Shown piece by piece: positions 53,501 through 64,000 of a stretch of 64,000 nt of DNA. A model generated the notes under the pieces. That model was given only the letters and a program-made list of their open reading frames with translations, did no database searches and was not told the DNA's origin. The stretch is from Adineta vaga (taxonomy: Eukaryota; Animalia; Rotifera): NCBI GenBank assembly GCA_021613535.1, contig CP075492.1:18476001-18540000 (forward strand), in the 5' to 3' direction. Positions within the stretch are counted from its first letter, which is position 1, and each line of letters begins with the position of its first letter. The translations under genes were made by a program, and so were the position numbers.

Positions 53501-55327
53501 TAACATAGAATTACAATTAATTTCATCAGCACCATTCCAACAATTCCATTTCGAATCACATCGTGTATAAGTATTATTACATTGCCAATGATCACAATCA
53601 GTTTCGTCAGTTTCATATCGATTATCAATAAGAACAGGATTCAATTGTGTATAACTATCACATATAGAACTAAATGGAATAAAATCTTTTCGTTGATCAT
53701 ATATTTTCATTCTATCTTCACATGAAATTATATCATCTGAACTACAATCACAATCATCATTATAAATTAAATCAATTGAAATACATTTTTCAGTTAATCT
53801 ACATTTAAAATGACCTTTTACACAAGTATCATTAATTAATGGACAATACTCATCATCATGATAATCACAATCCTTAATACCATCACATAATTGATCAGCA
53901 AAAATGCATTTCAATGAATTAAAACATTGATACATTTTTGTATTATTACAAATTGTTAAGAAAACTGTATTACATTGATAGAGTTGTTTATATATTTCTT
54001 TAATATAATATTCAATATCGGATTTATTGTTTTCACTGTTGAATAATATAGGAAAATCTTGAGGTTTTCGACATGTAAGATTATTAAATGAAATTAATGT
54101 TCGATTAGATAAGAAGTTATGACAATATTGATGATTATAACAGATATAATGAGGTGTAAACATCTGATCTGAATTCATAATAAGTTCTTTAAAATAAAGA
54201 AAATAAATATGACTGAATGCAATCGGAGTTGCTGGTATTAAGAATTGTTCTGGACATGTTATGTTTATCATATCAATAAATGTTTGATTAAAATGATGAT
54301 TTTCACATTTTGGATCAAATTCTTTCGTAATATTAAAATAACATTTAAATACTAACCAACAATCATCCGATACTGAATTCGGTGTTTCAATAAATATGAG
54401 TTTTTTTAATAATTGTATATGCTCAGATACTGTTGAATATAATCCATGCTGAGATGAACGTATGTTTTTATATCGAATAAATTGTAAATCTTCATTGAAA
54501 AATGTTGGTTCATTACTTGGAAAAAAAAGCAACAACTGTTTACTAGTATACAGTTGATCTGATTCATCAAGACATTCAATAGCAGTAGGACTATCTCTAT
54601 AGAAATCTTTCGGAATACATTGACCATTTTTACATTGATATTCATTTTCATTACATTCTTGTAATTTAAGTTGCCAACAATATTTTTCATCAAATCCGTC
54701 ATTGAAACAATCAACAATACCATCACATATTTCATACCAACCAAGACATACTGATGTGGAACCACGATTACATTCTAAATGGATATAACATGTTCGATTT
54801 GGTGGTTTATATGTCTGACAATAGTATTCATGAACTAAATTATTTAAGGATGAATGATGAGACCCAAAAGTATCCAATGAATATTGACATTGTGGACCAA
54901 ATCTTGGTGATGTACAATTGTAAAATCTCGAAGAAGATTCAACTATTTCACTGGGATTTAGAGATCGTTGATTACGATATGTTTCATAATCTTCGATAAG
55001 TTTCATAGATGCTGACCAAAGATATAATTGTTCACTAGTGATATTTTGTTGATAGAGTTCAGCAAATGTAAATCTCTTCTCGTTGTTATTTTCGAATATA
55101 TTCCATTTTGATGGCCATTCAGTTAGACAATATGACATCGTTTGATAAGACTCACCCATCAATTCCGTAGCAGCTGATAGATACAGACAATCATGTAATA
55201 ATGTCGTATACATTTCATTTTCATTTGTCCAATCGGAATGATGAAGATTAATATGAGGTGTTGCAAGGATTACATAGAATTGAATTAAATAGAAGATATA
55301 GGTTTTTATCATCTTCAATCTATACAC
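50573..55327 (-). CDS. Intronless 1584-aa rhodopsin-type GPCR with LDL-A and EGF repeat ectodomain
   Basis: Signal peptide; CDGIVDC..DE and CDGIKDC...DE LDL-A motifs; several CxC..G..G..C EGF motifs; seven C-terminal hydrophobic helices with an ERA (DRY-like) motif. Confidence 0.9.
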   Translation of the reverse strand: MYRLKMIKTYIFYLIQFYVILATPHINLHHSDWTNENEMYTTLLHDCLYLSAATELMGESYQTMSYCLTEWPSKWNIFENNNEKRFTFAELYQQNITSEQLYLWSASMKLIEDYETYRNQRSLNPSEIVESSSRFYNCTSPRFGPQCQYSLDTFGSHHSSLNNLVHEYYCQTYKPPNRTCYIHLECNRGSTSVCLGWYEICDGIVDCFNDGFDEKYCWQLKLQECNENEYQCKNGQCIPKDFYRDSPTAIECLDESDQLYTSKQLLLFFPSNEPTFFNEDLQFIRYKNIRSSQHGLYSTVSEHIQLLKKLIFIETPNSVSDDCWLVFKCYFNITKEFDPKCENHHFNQTFIDMINITCPEQFLIPATPIAFSHIYFLYFKELIMNSDQMFTPHYICYNHQYCHNFLSNRTLISFNNLTCRKPQDFPILFNSENNKSDIEYYIKEIYKQLYQCNTVFLTICNNTKMYQCFNSLKCIFADQLCDGIKDCDYHDDEYCPLINDTCVKGHFKCRLTEKCISIDLIYNDDCDCSSDDIISCEDRMKIYDQRKDFIPFSSICDSYTQLNPVLIDNRYETDETDCDHWQCNNTYTRCDSKWNCWNGADEINCNSMLKCPFNSHQCVSPKTYKLICLPLEQAGDGRIDCVGATDEPKLCRSTQLLSTGNFYCINNMNHTCIDSSRLCSENNRCMNEEDEQLCSSFRNLTKSNDICSYEYSLNRTEAHTFFCDRFWNEFTNTMAYFKLNHMEFPKKKSIKQIEVTKSKERFPLCWSYSKEEQRCYRGLPIHVWLDSEKNRSSKACLCPPSYYGEACQYDRQRISLTLKFQVHSDSRRTLFTFVVILIDNDNDQRIIYSYEQYTYFYQRDCSMKYNIYLLHPISSFLFSKNYSIHIDVYEKIGLTYRGSFFIPIKFSFLPVNRIATQLIIPRRNHTTKTCSNQSCHHGQCINYINDRQGSTFCQCYDGWYGKSCTIRYTSQCSSHSLSIGVAVNNQSVCVCPINRWGSRCLLWSNTCQQSDENSICKNGGQCIPDNKQFILSQSYICVCRRGFSGTNCEDVVPFINLTFHKEIHLPQSIIIHFIHDVDQNTHLVTQSSDVQRITFYQKEIIIYWTTRFNIAIAQLLKNYYLILVQNRNMWNIKKYNQTILPSYRCKHVSEVLNETILSYHQFRRVKYYQIPCEKYAPDLNCFYDDDYFCLCYDFNHQRLSNCFNFNSKTSQTCYGLSDCENNGECIQNDPKCPKESICVCPKCFHGTLCQFSSHSFGLSLDAILGYYIQPNVSLIDQLFIIKMSLTLTIIISILGIINSIISFLTFKNQELQQTGCGLYLMGSSVASLFTMVVFILKFIILLITQMNYMTNDLFLKVQCYTLDFLLRTSLCMDQYLNACVASERAFTAFQGVMFNKKKSKQMAKYIIIMFLFWTIVTTIHDPIHRRLLYDNNHQDIEVEKRIWCIVKYSSQFQIFDSIFHLIHFFVPFLLNLLSAFIIIIATSKRRRKTQCRLTYQQILQEQFREHKNLLIAPIVLVLLTLPRLIFSFMSDCMNSTRNIWLPLSGYFISFIPPLLTFVIFVLPSRLYMKEFKKSLKQIRLSFRS

Positions 55328-56647
55328 ATAAAGAAGAAAATTTGTTTATTTGTTCGCATCTTGAGGGCGTAGGTGAAATTTCACCCAAATGCTTATGTGA
55401 TGGCAAATGTCATCAAACTATCCATGACATTTCTGTCTATACAAGAAAAAGTAGACAGGAGGCGGGACACGAAAGGTGGTTGAGATTTAACCGGGCTTCG
55501 ATTAATTAATTTGATCGATTTTTAGAGTATCCATCTATTACTATGTTCTCACACACATTTGATTTTGTTACACGGAGATAAGGACGATTCAGAAATAAGA
55601 TACCCATCCCCACAAAATATTTGTTGGACTATCTTGTTTTATCGTTATGAAGTCTAGGGCATTTTAGGTACGAACTGAAGTGGAAACAGAATGGATATAT
55701 ATCTGTACGGTTGTGAACCAACATCTGGTACTTTCACTAGTATGAGAATGTAATGATTTTTAATCCCAAAATATCTTTACGTTTCTCCAGTCAAAAAAAG
55801 CGAGATTTACCGTTCAGTTTGAAATTAAAATTACTTTTACGGATATAGATTTTTTTAACATCTGGTTTTTATCAGGCGTCCTATGTTGTTTTAACGATTT
55901 ATCTCACACAAACAGTATGACTGAACTACTCTCACATTCTCATTGCTGTTTTTTTCAAGGGTTTCTTCTTTTTCTCTCTTCAGTTGTTTTTTCTGTGATA
56001 TGATTCTTGTCCGTCTTTCTGATCAAATCTCCTCTCTTACATGTGCTTCGTGATATTAACATAAAAGATAAGGGAATAAATACTAAGAAACAGTAAGAAA
56101 AATGAGTATAAAATCCACTTTTTTTTAAAATTAACAGACGTCATATATACATTATCACTTCATTAAGCTGTTTTCTTTTTTATGATAAGCCCTAAATATC
56201 AGAACAAGAATGTGAATAAAATTGTATTAATAGGAAAATCAGAAAAAAACAGAAACACTGTTCATATATTTAAAGAGCACAGCATATTTATTTCATTGAT
56301 TCAGATTTTTTAGTATGCGAAGTAGCGTTTTCTCTTGTAAGAGCTGCCGAGAAAACGAAGATATTTTTTGCTTTCTATGTTTGAAAGACATATATTCATT
56401 TTACTATGACGAAAACACCGAATGTTATCTAAATATTTATACAGATGCTTGTGCAATATGGAATTTTTTGCACTTTTATTGCACGTTTGTTGTTGTTATT
56501 GAGCGAAGTGGAAAAATATTCATATAAAACGTAGTTTTATTCGATTGTTTTTACATTTTTTTTCTAACTTTTATGTTTTGATATCATATCAACACGTAAA
56601 TACATTAGGTGAAGATCTTCAAAGACTGTCGTTAATGACAAGTAACG

Positions 56648-56850
56648 ATCGTCGTGCCGACTCACTTTACCCTCGACTGTGGAAGGCAGGTATTTTCTGT
56701 GCCCATAGTCAGACGAATTGATCTAGCAACTTTATATACGAGGAAACGATTCAACTTTTTTTCTCACCCATTTTCACACATTTACCTCCACACCGACAAC
56801 GCAGGCCCATACTCCCGCCTCCATAATTTCACCCAACATCCATGTCTATA
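56648..56850 (+). repeat. Dispersed repeat, copy 2 (see 10590-10830)
   Basis: Sequence similarity read directly. Confidence 0.7.
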
Positions 56851-57405
56851 CCATAAGGGGAGCGAGACTACATCTACTTCAGGTAGTATTTCCAAGTAAG
56901 GTGAAGTAACGATGAAGCCGCGCGAAGTATTTCATTCCTGAAGTCTCGCTTTTCCCCCTTAGTATAACCCACACTCACACCCACCCTACATAAGTGTATT
57001 AATTGTAATAATCAATTTAATCAAATAGATCATTAAACGAAAGACGCAATCAACATCAAACAATCGGAAAAACACAAAACTAAAGAGAATTTCATTCAAT
57101 CTATGATATTTATAGAAAAAAAAACAACTTAATTTGCTTTTCTTTTTGATAAAGTAGAATCATGAAGAAATTCGCATCAGTTTACAACACCATTCAAATA
57201 TCTTTACCTGTGACAGTAAAACATGACGAAAGCACGTAACTAAATCGTAAAGCAATATTTTCTCATCCTATACTCTTGATTTATATTGTTATGTGACCAC
57301 TCTTTCAGTCGAGGTGATATCCAATGAAAAAATAATCTTCTGCTCTTTTATTTGAGTTTATTCACATGTCAAACGCTATTAGTATCTATTACACATCTAT
57401 TTAAA

Positions 57406-58869
57406 TTAAATAAGCATAAATTGTTCGGGATAATCATCAGAATAATTGTTTAACCATAAAGGAAGAAAAGTTTGTTTTTGTTTTAATTTTTCATTCCAAA
57501 CATATTGAATTCTTTGTTGAATTAAATTTCTTTTTTCATTTGTTAATTGAAATATTGTATGATTATAATCTAAATTTAAACTAAGAAAATTTCTCATACC
57601 ATGAACTCGTCCTCGATTATGTTCTGGTCCTATTTTTAATTGTCTACTATTAAATATTCCTGAAGCTAAACTAAATGTACTAAATGCACTAATTAATATA
57701 TCATCACGTAATAAACGATTAAATGTTTCTGAAGTTCGTCCATTTAAAAAGAAAACCAATCGACATTGTAATTCAGGTAAATATTCTTTCAATTCATCGA
57801 GAATATCATTAAAATCATTAATATTACCTTCACTATAAATTGTTATGAAATAATTCTTTTCAATTTCTTTTGGTAAAGATTTTATTAGAAATATTAAAAG
57901 TGGTGCATAAGCAGAATTTGAAATAAAACGATAACGATCACCAAATATAATTCGACCTTGTAAATTACGTTTAACAACATCACCATGACGAATATGAACA
58001 CCAATTAATAAGTTTTTATTGAAATTAATTTGAGAACATTTAAATTGTTGAATTGAATTTGAATGAGAAATATAATTCAATGGAAGTGATGTACCTGCCC
58101 ATACTCCATTTGGATATTTATATAATTTTCTATGTTGTAACCACCATCGAATTTCCATAACAATACCTATTTCCATTAAAGATGATGTTATTGTTATTGT
58201 TCGACTTGAATAAAATGTAAAACCTGATTTTTCATTTGGAAGATTTAATAAAAATTCTTGGAATAAATTTTTTAAATAAGATTTTATTGTAAATACTTGT
58301 TTTCCTTGATGATTTTGATCAAATGTTTGATTTGGTAGTAAATTAAAATGAAAAATATTTTTTCGAATTGATGAATTTTTTGGACATGATTCATAAGCTG
58401 AATAAGGAATTTGCCAATCATAAAATAACCAATATTTTTCTCTTTCCCAATTATTTTCATCGTCAGAATGTTCAGCTATCCATTGAAAATGTATCAATGT
58501 TAAATTCAATTTATAAGCAATATTTAATATACCTAAATACCACATTAATACTGATCCTGTTCCATGATGAATACGTAGAGATTGAGAATGGTTTATTAAT
58601 AAATATCGACCAGAATTACAATCAATTTGCGGATGATAAGTTAATAACATAGAATATTTTTCTTTATATTCTTTAAAATAATTATTTAATGATTGATCAA
58701 TATCAGAATAACATGGAGTATTTTCATACATACATTCATTTAAGAAATTATTAGATGAAGAAGTGAAATGATGAAAGAAAAGTAGAGTTAGAATGACTGA
58801 AAATAGATAAAGAAGAGTTTTTTGAGAGAAAAGTCGAGAACATTTACGAATTATTTCTTTTAAACACAT
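57406..58869 (-). CDS. Intronless type II membrane glycosyltransferase, GT11/GT23/NodZ fucosyltransferase-like
   Basis: N-terminal TM; HGTGS; IGVHIRHGD (GDP-fucose motif I-like); ITIYSEG; ILISAFSTFSLAS (motif III-like). Confidence 0.7.
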   Translation of the reverse strand: MCLKEIIRKCSRLFSQKTLLYLFSVILTLLFFHHFTSSSNNFLNECMYENTPCYSDIDQSLNNYFKEYKEKYSMLLTYHPQIDCNSGRYLLINHSQSLRIHHGTGSVLMWYLGILNIAYKLNLTLIHFQWIAEHSDDENNWEREKYWLFYDWQIPYSAYESCPKNSSIRKNIFHFNLLPNQTFDQNHQGKQVFTIKSYLKNLFQEFLLNLPNEKSGFTFYSSRTITITSSLMEIGIVMEIRWWLQHRKLYKYPNGVWAGTSLPLNYISHSNSIQQFKCSQINFNKNLLIGVHIRHGDVVKRNLQGRIIFGDRYRFISNSAYAPLLIFLIKSLPKEIEKNYFITIYSEGNINDFNDILDELKEYLPELQCRLVFFLNGRTSETFNRLLRDDILISAFSTFSLASGIFNSRQLKIGPEHNRGRVHGMRNFLSLNLDYNHTIFQLTNEKRNLIQQRIQYVWNEKLKQKQTFLPLWLNNYSDDYPEQFMLI

Positions 58870-59380
58870 ATTCTACGTCATTTAATCGGTTATATAAAAC
58901 TACAAAGAAGAAATGATATATTTACCGTTCGTTTTGTAATATAAACCGATGTATGTTAATAGTGATGTCCTGTACAGATTCAAATAAAACATACGAATAA
59001 TATATGACAAACATATGAGAAGATCAAATATTCGAGACTTTTTCTTTAACGAATTTATGATTGCATTTTTGTATGAAAAATCAAATTTGAGGGGTGGGTG
59101 GGTGAGGGGAAAGCGTGTGATTCCGGAATGTTCAAAATCGTGGAATAGGAAGTATTCTCGATTCATCAATATCTCGAAGATTTTCAGTCACATCAATCGA
59201 ATAAATGACTTAGAAGGTTAGTTCAACTAGATTCAGATTTGTGCTATTACGTAAGCCAAACGATGATTTTGCTTATTTAGGACTGTTGGATCATATTGTT
59301 AGTTTTATTATAACTCAGTGGTACGCTTCTCGACCTTGAAAATTTTATTTCGTAAAATATAAAATCAATAAGAGGTATGT

Positions 59381-60465
59381 TTAATTTTTAATACAGTAGT
59401 TATGGGTCATATGAGGAAATTCTGTTCTCTCTATTGTGTATGTGACATTAACGTTGAGTTGAGAAAAGAATGGTAATAATTCGAATTTATTAACTACATC
59501 CTTACTCAAAGCTTTCAACACTCCATACACGTTCAATTGAAGAGAAATCTGTTTTAATTTGTTGTGTGAACCTAACATAGTTGTCCACCAATATGGATCT
59601 AGTAGACTTCTATCATTCTGATACCAAGTAAATTCAAAAGAGAATGTATGCAGATTGGGACAACATCGTAGCAGTAATTCAAGAAATTTAGTGAGAAACG
59701 GATTATAGAAATCTTGATCTCCTCTTAAGTTGAGTTTTTTCATGTTTGGAAGACCCATATTGATTCGAGTAGATGACAGAGCAGAGGACACTTTTGCACC
59801 ATCGTCATTTGGGTAAACATAAAGTTTTGCTGAAAGTGAACGAAGTTGAGGACATTGTTCCAAAATTCGAATAGCCAATACATAATGAAGCACGCCCACC
59901 TCTATGTAGAGAAGTGATGGAAAATAAAATGTACATAGATTGTTCACGAGTGGCAATTCTCCATTAAATAAAGTTCCTTGTAAATACAATCGTTGAAGAA
60001 AAGGACAATTTAGACGAAAGAAATTCATCGTAGGCGGATTAACACATGTACGATTGTCCCAGTGACCACTAATGGTCAGCGAAACAAGAATCGAGACAGA
60101 TGGAAGATGTTTGACAATATTAAATGAACCGTCGTATGGATCATCATATTCTAGTCGAAAATGTTGAATTTGTTTAAATTTCTCTATCGGAAATTCCTAA
60201 ATGTGACAAATTATTTTGATTTCGGCCAATTATGAAGAAAAAAAAGGAAGAAATTTACCTGAAATAATATGTAGGTCGAGTTGGATCGTTCGACTAAGTA
60301 TGATGAATACAATGAAAGGCTTTTAATAGACTGAATAAGTTGATTGATCCGTTCATTGATACCATAAAATGACGTGAAAAGATTAATCCAATCGACATAT
60401 TCGAAAACTTCAAGCCAAAGTTCATTTGCTAAATCTTCAATACATGATGATTTCTTGTCAAACAT
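59381..60465 (-). CDS. F-box + LRR-like protein (exons 60465-60259, 60196-59381)
   Basis: IEDLANELWLEVFEYV...SFYGINERINQLI F-box; CPFLQRL, CPQLRSL, CCPNLHTF repeats; phase-0 splice. Confidence 0.8.
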
Positions 60466-61344
60466 CTTGTGCGATAATATATCAATAGACAGAAGTTATA
60501 TATCTTGTTTGAAATCCATAGTTACTTTTTTGTTGTGATTACCTGTAGAAATGAAAAAGAGAAAATAACTATGTTGGAAATAATCTTGAGTGTAAGTAAA
60601 ACTTTTTTTTTAACTTATGGACTCTTTAAAAAAAAGTCTCTTTTGCTTGGAAAATGACTCCATTCGAATAGAAACTAGATAAAAGAAAGTAGAAGAATAC
60701 GAATAACGATATTAAATACTTCAGACAAAGATGTAAGAACATGTGCACCTTCTCACTGACGAAAAATGTCAATAATGCACATCCTCTATATGGAGGAGGA
60801 AAAAACCAACATACAATAATGACGTACATTAGAACAGACAGAAATGAAAGAAAATGTGTTAAAGGTATTCCAATCGATCGTGTATGATATATGGTTCATT
60901 TTTGATAGAGCTAATTTAATGATAAATCCAGTGTTTACTGTGGAGTCGAGTTTTTTTTTGATAGTTGTGAGATCTATAGTAATACGACTAAATAACATGG
61001 AAGCATTATCTTCAAGTATATATCCTCGATCAAATACAGTGCTGTGTAAATAGAGTCGTCGAAAAACAATCGAGTATCTTTCAATCTAACATATCCGCAG
61101 CAAGTTGTGAAGACGAACAAAGTATGTCCAATGACTCATGTTGCTCTTATATTTTAAAAAGAGAACGAAAGATAATTATTGCTTGTTAGGTTTGTATCCT
61201 TACTTATTTGTTCGATTAAAGCAGCATAGTTACATGCTTGACTAAACACGTGTGCAGATTCAATGTGAAACATAAAATAAACACATCAATAATAGAGGCA
61301 AAAGAAGGCCATCAGCGTCATTTGATAAAAAAATCGATACTGTG

Positions 61345-64000
61345 CATGCTCGACGTACAGAAAATATTGAAATTGTTTGCAACAGCGTTGCTGTGCTTTA
61401 GCTGTCTAACCGTAGAATTAAGCGCACCACCCTCACGCATTTTGTTTGTTAGCATTCCATTTCCATCACATGTGAATGTACTGATTGCCATCGCGCGCGC
61501 TCTTCCGTCTCATCACCATGTTGCTTTCGCAGTTTTTGACGTGAATGTACAAGCAGTTCATGACGCACTCGATCCTCATCGTCCACTGTCAATTGTGTCA
61601 CTAGGTGCTCTTCCTAACGAAAAGCCGACATTCGAGCCGCATAATGGCGAGTCGAATATAGCATTATTAGGTCGTGCCGCGCTGCCCATTTTTATTGGTG
61701 TCTTATATGCACCAATGCACGACGCACTGCTTTCACACCTTAAAATGCACTCATACGATATGATGGTTTTAGACATGTTTGCATTTGCTGCTCAAGATCT
61801 TGCACACGATCTCAATATACCTATGATCGTGCATTCAGCCACACCAACGTATGGTGTACTCAACTTGCCGGCATGGGTACCGCGAGAATTCGACGTATTG
61901 ACACAACAACACCTACGAAATTCGTTTTTACAACGCTTTTATGAACATATTGTGGTGCCTTTTTCCATGATATATCACCTTGGTCCGCACATGTTTCATT
62001 TGAATGAACTGCGACGCAAGTTGAATCGGACCGCTTCTTATACTGTGTTTGGATTATCCAGTCCTACGCAGCGTTGGCAAGGACATCCAATACTCATCTC
62101 TAGGTGTTTGTCGTTCGAGTTTCGACGTGCCTATACACCCAATTATCACTTCATCGGATTTATTATCCTCAAGAGAACAATAAATGAAGTAAGTAGAGTC
62201 ATTTTCGGCAGGAAAAAAACAGATACAACGACTTTTTTTAATGTATAGTGCGACTTCGCTTATTTTTCCTTAATCAAACAGTACGAAAAATTAATTTAAG
62301 CCTCATATAGAAGATTCTCTTGAATGAGGGAAGCAAATGGCAGAGCAAAAGACTTACTTACTGAAGGTTATTTTTCTTGAGTCTTTTTTGTAGTTTTAAC
62401 TTTTTTTCTACGCTTTTGAATGTGTTCTTGCAGCTAATATGCAATAATATTTTCGTTCAGCCTTTTCATTAGAAGTTGCCATTTTATAATGGACTGTATG
62501 GTATCCTATGAGACTATTCTAATTTGAATATGAGATCCATATATTCACTATTTCAAAGCAATTTCTTAAGCAAACTTTTACTAGATAAATCTGACACATT
62601 ATATTCCGTCCCGAATAAAGTAGACCCGAAATCGGAAGTGTCGAAAAAATTAATATATTGATGTTACAAGATCAAATAGTGTTCTATTTATAGCTGAAGT
62701 ACAGTTCAGCCAATCGGCAGCGTCTTCAGACTTGTGATCTACATTTCTTGTACTCCACTTATCAGCGAACTTTCAGCCGAAGAATTTGATGTTCAATTCA
62801 CTAGATGGTCAAACTCTTTTTATCGCAATCTAGTTTCACTACATACAGAGAGGTGCATAAAAGACTTGCTCGTTTTGAGAAACACGATCTAAAAGGAGTG
62901 TTGAAGTATATAGGATATAAATTTGTACTCACTCTTCTGCCTCCCTCTCCCCTCCCCCACAGACCGTGACCGACTTAACAATAAGCCATCACAGACCATG
63001 ACAGACACTTTAATTAATCAATTAGCTATCTAACTAAGAATCGGATTAATCCACTAATTAACCGTTCAATTAATAGATATCCACTTAATATATCAATAGT
63101 AAATCAGTAATGACTCGGGGACAAACCGTGACAGACAGGTCAAAAGCCGTCACAAACCATGACATCTATGTTTAAAAATGTATAAGTTTTTTATGAATCA
63201 CTTTGTGTTATATAGCAGTTCGATTTTGCATTCGTATTTGCTACATCTTTTAAGATTCTGTAAGTCTTCTATGAGAACCATTTATCCTTTTGTTGTGATA
63301 TTTCTAGACGGACTATACTGACGAGACGCGTGCTGTTAACGTATGGCTTAATAGAACACGGGCTCCCGAAGAATTTGTCGTGTTGGTCGCTTTTGGTACA
63401 CTGAGCAAAGTAAATGAAAAGGTTTGGCAAGCATTAGTCGATACAGTGCAACTCGTGCCAAATATGCACCTGCTTTTGACAATACCTGACCAGGTGCAGC
63501 GCATCAGAGTCCATGCATTACTCAAGTCTTTACTCGATCAACAATCACGTGTACTTGTCGTTTCATGGATCAATCAACAAGACGTTCTAACTCATTCTTC
63601 TCTGCGCATGTTTATTACACATGGTGGACTAAACAGCATTGGTGAAGCAGTGCATGCACATGTACCTTTACTTGTCTTGCCTGGTTTTGCCGATCAGCCA
63701 GCTAATGCAGCAAAAGTGCAAGAAGCCAAGATTGGCTACGCGCTAGAGCGAAGTACGATAACGGCCACTAAACTCGCCATTCACATCAAACAAATACATG
63801 CGGAACACGATGTGTTTATTCGACGTTTGATTCGCATGCATCAATTGAGTGAACTAGAAGGAGGAGCGCAACGAGCAGCTACATTAATCGATCAGTGGTT
63901 ACTCGTAGGTTATGCACACTTAGATACACTCGAGCATCAATTACCTTCTCTTGTTGCAACTAGTCTGGATGTACGGCTTGCATTCTTTGCACTTCTCATC
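61345..64000 (+). CDS. UDP-glycosyltransferase (GT1/UGT); intron 62189-63307; runs off the window end
   Basis: ILFVSIPFPSHV; VLVAFGT; WINQQDVLTHSSLRMFITHGGLNSIGEAVHAHVPLLVLPGFADQ (UGT signature); C-terminal hydrophobic segment begins at the window edge. Confidence 0.9.

Overview
AT-rich eukaryotic genomic DNA with short (about 50-70 nt) GT-AG introns. The gene set (FG-GAP, NHL, pentapeptide-repeat, LDLa-EGF-7TM, F-box/LRR, cathepsin L, UGT) and TGTGGG/TGAGGG tracts suggest a bdelloid rotifer; this is inference. Two large TSD-bounded DNA elements dominate the window. (1) An ~8.5 kb foldback element (1906-10383) with ~1 kb TIRs splits an SDR/carbonyl-reductase pseudogene, carries a viral env/F-like fragment, and hosts a nested PIF/Harbinger that itself contains a MITE. 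(2) A ~9.8 kb Kyakuja-Dileera-Zisupton (KDZ)-type transposon (32431-42246) has inverted subterminal tandem arrays and encodes a KDZ transposase plus a spliced DUF3987/MCM-like P-loop ATPase; it splits a small secreted-protein gene. Other highlights: a spliced 99-aa secreted protein with a hydrophobin-type 8-Cys pattern (57-478), recurrent head-to-head telomere-repeat-like cassettes abutting truncated genes, a three-module 2TM membrane protein, and dead Tc1/mariner copies. All family assignments come from motif recognition by eye; no database searches were run.
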